From: Planctomycetota bacterium
Lineage (GTDB): Bacteria; Planctomycetota; UBA8108; UBA1146
Reading direction: 5' to 3'
Length of the DNA stretch: 45,431 bases
Assembly (NCBI GenBank): GCA_036338595.1
Contig: JAYZBV010000099.1
Span: 1 to 45,431 of the forward strand
Of this stretch, positions 43,918-45,431 are shown one piece after another. The notes beneath the pieces are model-generated. The model searched no databases. It was not told where the DNA came from and was given only the letters and a program-made list of their open reading frames with translations. Position 1 is the first letter of the stretch; each line of letters starts with the position of its first letter. The position numbers and the translations under genes were made by a program.

Positions 43918-44712
43918 TCACTGCCCCACCGCTTCGAGCGACCAGGTCAACGCCTTGACCCCATCGGTGGCATGCACCAGATCGGGCTGGAGTGCATCGG
44001 AAATTCCCAGATCGTAAGAATCGAGCAAGGTGTTCGAGACGATGGTCGCCTCGGCGCTTCGAAACTTCCATGGGTCGTGGATGGCACGCACCATCTTCAA
44101 CTGACGGTCGTGGACGGTGTACAGGAGATAGCGTTCGAACAGGAACTGCTCCAGTGATCGAGGCTGCGCCTGCATCGATTCGCCGAAGGCCTGGCAGGAT
44201 CCGATCAGTTCGAGACCGTCAGAAACCCGGCGCGTCTGCCAGCGGTACTGATCTTCCACGACCTGGACACTCCCCCTGGCATACCGGTAGGGAAGACCAT
44301 AAGAGCGATGCCCATACCAACACGCGATGCGACTCTGGGCCTCGAGGGTCAGAAACAGGATGCCACCGTGACCCTTATACTTGACGTAAGTGCGTAGATT
44401 GAACTCCGGAAAATAGGAGATCCCGGGAATCGGTACGGTCCCTCTCGGTCGGACGTGCTTCATCTGGAAGGGCAGCAGACCGACATACGCCTTTCCCTGG
44501 TACAGATCGAGTTCGAGGCCGTCGGGCAGGTAGCGACCGATTCGTTGCGGATCGACCTGCCAGTGCAGGAAGGTGAGATGGCGCCAGTGCTGGATGATGG
44601 AATGCGGTCGATCCGGTATCCCGAAGGGAAGATGGTCGAAGCGTGCACCTGAATCTCGATGCAGCGGAAGCCCGGCTGGTGCTTCCCCATCGCTCCGGTC
44701 ATCGATACTCAA
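43918..44712 (-). CDS. YqjF family (DUF2071) protein
   Basis: Q.WRHLTFLHW.VDP, LPDGLELDLYQGKAYVGLLPF.M, FPEFNLRTYV, GILFLTLEA, YGLPY, FLFERY.LY, IHDPW. Confidence 0.88.
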   Translation of the reverse strand: MSIDDRSDGEAPAGLPLHRDSGARFDHLPFGIPDRPHSIIQHWRHLTFLHWQVDPQRIGRYLPDGLELDLYQGKAYVGLLPFQMKHVRPRGTVPIPGISYFPEFNLRTYVKYKGHGGILFLTLEAQSRIACWYGHRSYGLPYRYARGSVQVVEDQYRWQTRRVSDGLELIGSCQAFGESMQAQPRSLEQFLFERYLLYTVHDRQLKMVRAIHDPWKFRSAEATIVSNTLLDSYDLGISDALQPDLVHATDGVKALTWSLEAVGQ

Positions 44713-44718
44713 CGGCGA

Positions 44719-45129
44719 TCAGGCCAGCGCCGCACGACGCTTCACCTCGATGTTGCCAGCGACCCACGCCAACACCAGATAGAACGGCATCTCGATCCAC
44801 ATCCAGGTCGGGATCTCCATTGACAATGCATTGGAGATGCCACCCCCCAGCGACAAGACACCGACGATCATCGCCAGCACCTTCGGATGCGACGCACCGA
44901 TTCGAGCCGCCAGCCAGCCGCCTCCGAAGGCCTGGGCAAGATGCGCCACCATCGGCAGGATGAAGGCGGTTTCTGGCAACGTCTTGGCCCACGCACTGAA
45001 GCCCTCCTGGTCCTGCATCGACAAACCTTCGGGCATCGGGAAAAAAATGAGGTTGAGCACGATGATCGTGATGTTGAGCACCATGCCCACGATCATGCCA
45101 GCGATGACCGCACCGATGTTGCGAAGCAT
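44719..45129 (-). CDS. Hypothetical 4-TM membrane protein
   Basis: MLRNIGAVIAGMIVG...FPMPEG...AHLAQAFGGGWLAARI...IPTWMW; strong SD GGAGG before the ATG at 45129. The longer upstream ORF extension is unlikely. Confidence 0.8.
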   Translation of the reverse strand: MLRNIGAVIAGMIVGMVLNITIIVLNLIFFPMPEGLSMQDQEGFSAWAKTLPETAFILPMVAHLAQAFGGGWLAARIGASHPKVLAMIVGVLSLGGGISNALSMEIPTWMWIEMPFYLVLAWVAGNIEVKRRAALA

Positions 45130-45352
45130 TGCCACCTCCAGAAAGAGCAGTGTAACGAGTACCCGTGCCGCCCACGATACGACCGAAGAAGAGTGCATCA
45201 ACCTCTTGCTTTCCCCCATCCCTCCGGAAAGAACAGCAGTTGGCCCGGCTGGAAGGCCACTACAAGCCGCTGCGGGTTCGAGGAGAAAGCCTGGACCCAT
45301 CGAGCAACGGCTCCACCTGCCTGGCACCTGGTGAATCTCATGAATGGGGGTT

Positions 45353-45405
45353 AAAAAACACACGGCCTGAATCCCTGACCGCTGGTCGGAGATCCAGGCC
45401 GTGTG
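45353..45405 (-). terminator. Rho-independent terminator of a gene beyond the window end
   Basis: Minus strand CACACGGCCTGGATCTCCGACC-AGC-GGTCAGGGATTCAGGCCGTGTG followed by TTTTTT. Confidence 0.8.
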
Positions 45406-45431
45406 ACGAACCTGTGTCACGAAAGTGATCG

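Noticed and set aside
45130..45420. N-terminal extension of the 44719 ORF to 233 aa
   Set aside because: The extension crosses a terminator hairpin; the strong SD supports the ATG at 45129.
43756..45431. tRNA-Val as an integration site for a genomic island
   Set aside because: No integrase, no duplicated tRNA 3' end and no clear compositional shift within the window; cannot be excluded beyond the edge.
1..45431. CRISPR arrays, IS elements, prophage or defence systems
   Set aside because: No regularly spaced repeats, transposase, integrase, phage or nuclease-type genes were seen; nearly all the sequence is explained by core genes.

Overview
A GC-rich (about 60% by eye) bacterial chromosomal segment, most likely from the PVC superphylum/Planctomycetota (it has a Minf_1886-type gene and a ThrRS insertion). 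It is densely packed with mostly minus-strand core genes: partial pyrB, a short mnmE, coaX, a PilT/PilU ATPase, obgE, rpmA, rplU, RNase G/E, a pilM-N-O-(atypical P)-Q operon, ptsI/ptsH/yvcK, truA, asd, thrS, dinB, terC, an EboF-like phosphodiesterase, dusB, comM, a HEAT-extended S41 protease, a cytochrome b562-like protein, CAD-like carAB, pgeF, an AI-2E transporter, holB, tmk, lipA, a patatin, a PaaK-like ligase, two hypothetical genes, tRNA-Val(GAC), a YqjF gene and a membrane protein. No mobile element, CRISPR array or rRNA is visible. The most notable hidden signal is a 12-bp motif, TCGTAYTCTTCT, found in correct orientation upstream of pilT, pilM and an uncharacterised operon (4-TM protein plus double zinc-ribbon membrane protein) about 30 kb away. 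This suggests an undescribed type IV pilus regulon with novel components. Other highlights are a non-canonical PilP/PilQ architecture, an unannotated 38-aa membrane protein coupled between thrS and asd, a C33 tRNA and a candidate structured leader RNA. All assignments come from motif recognition by eye; no database searches were run.
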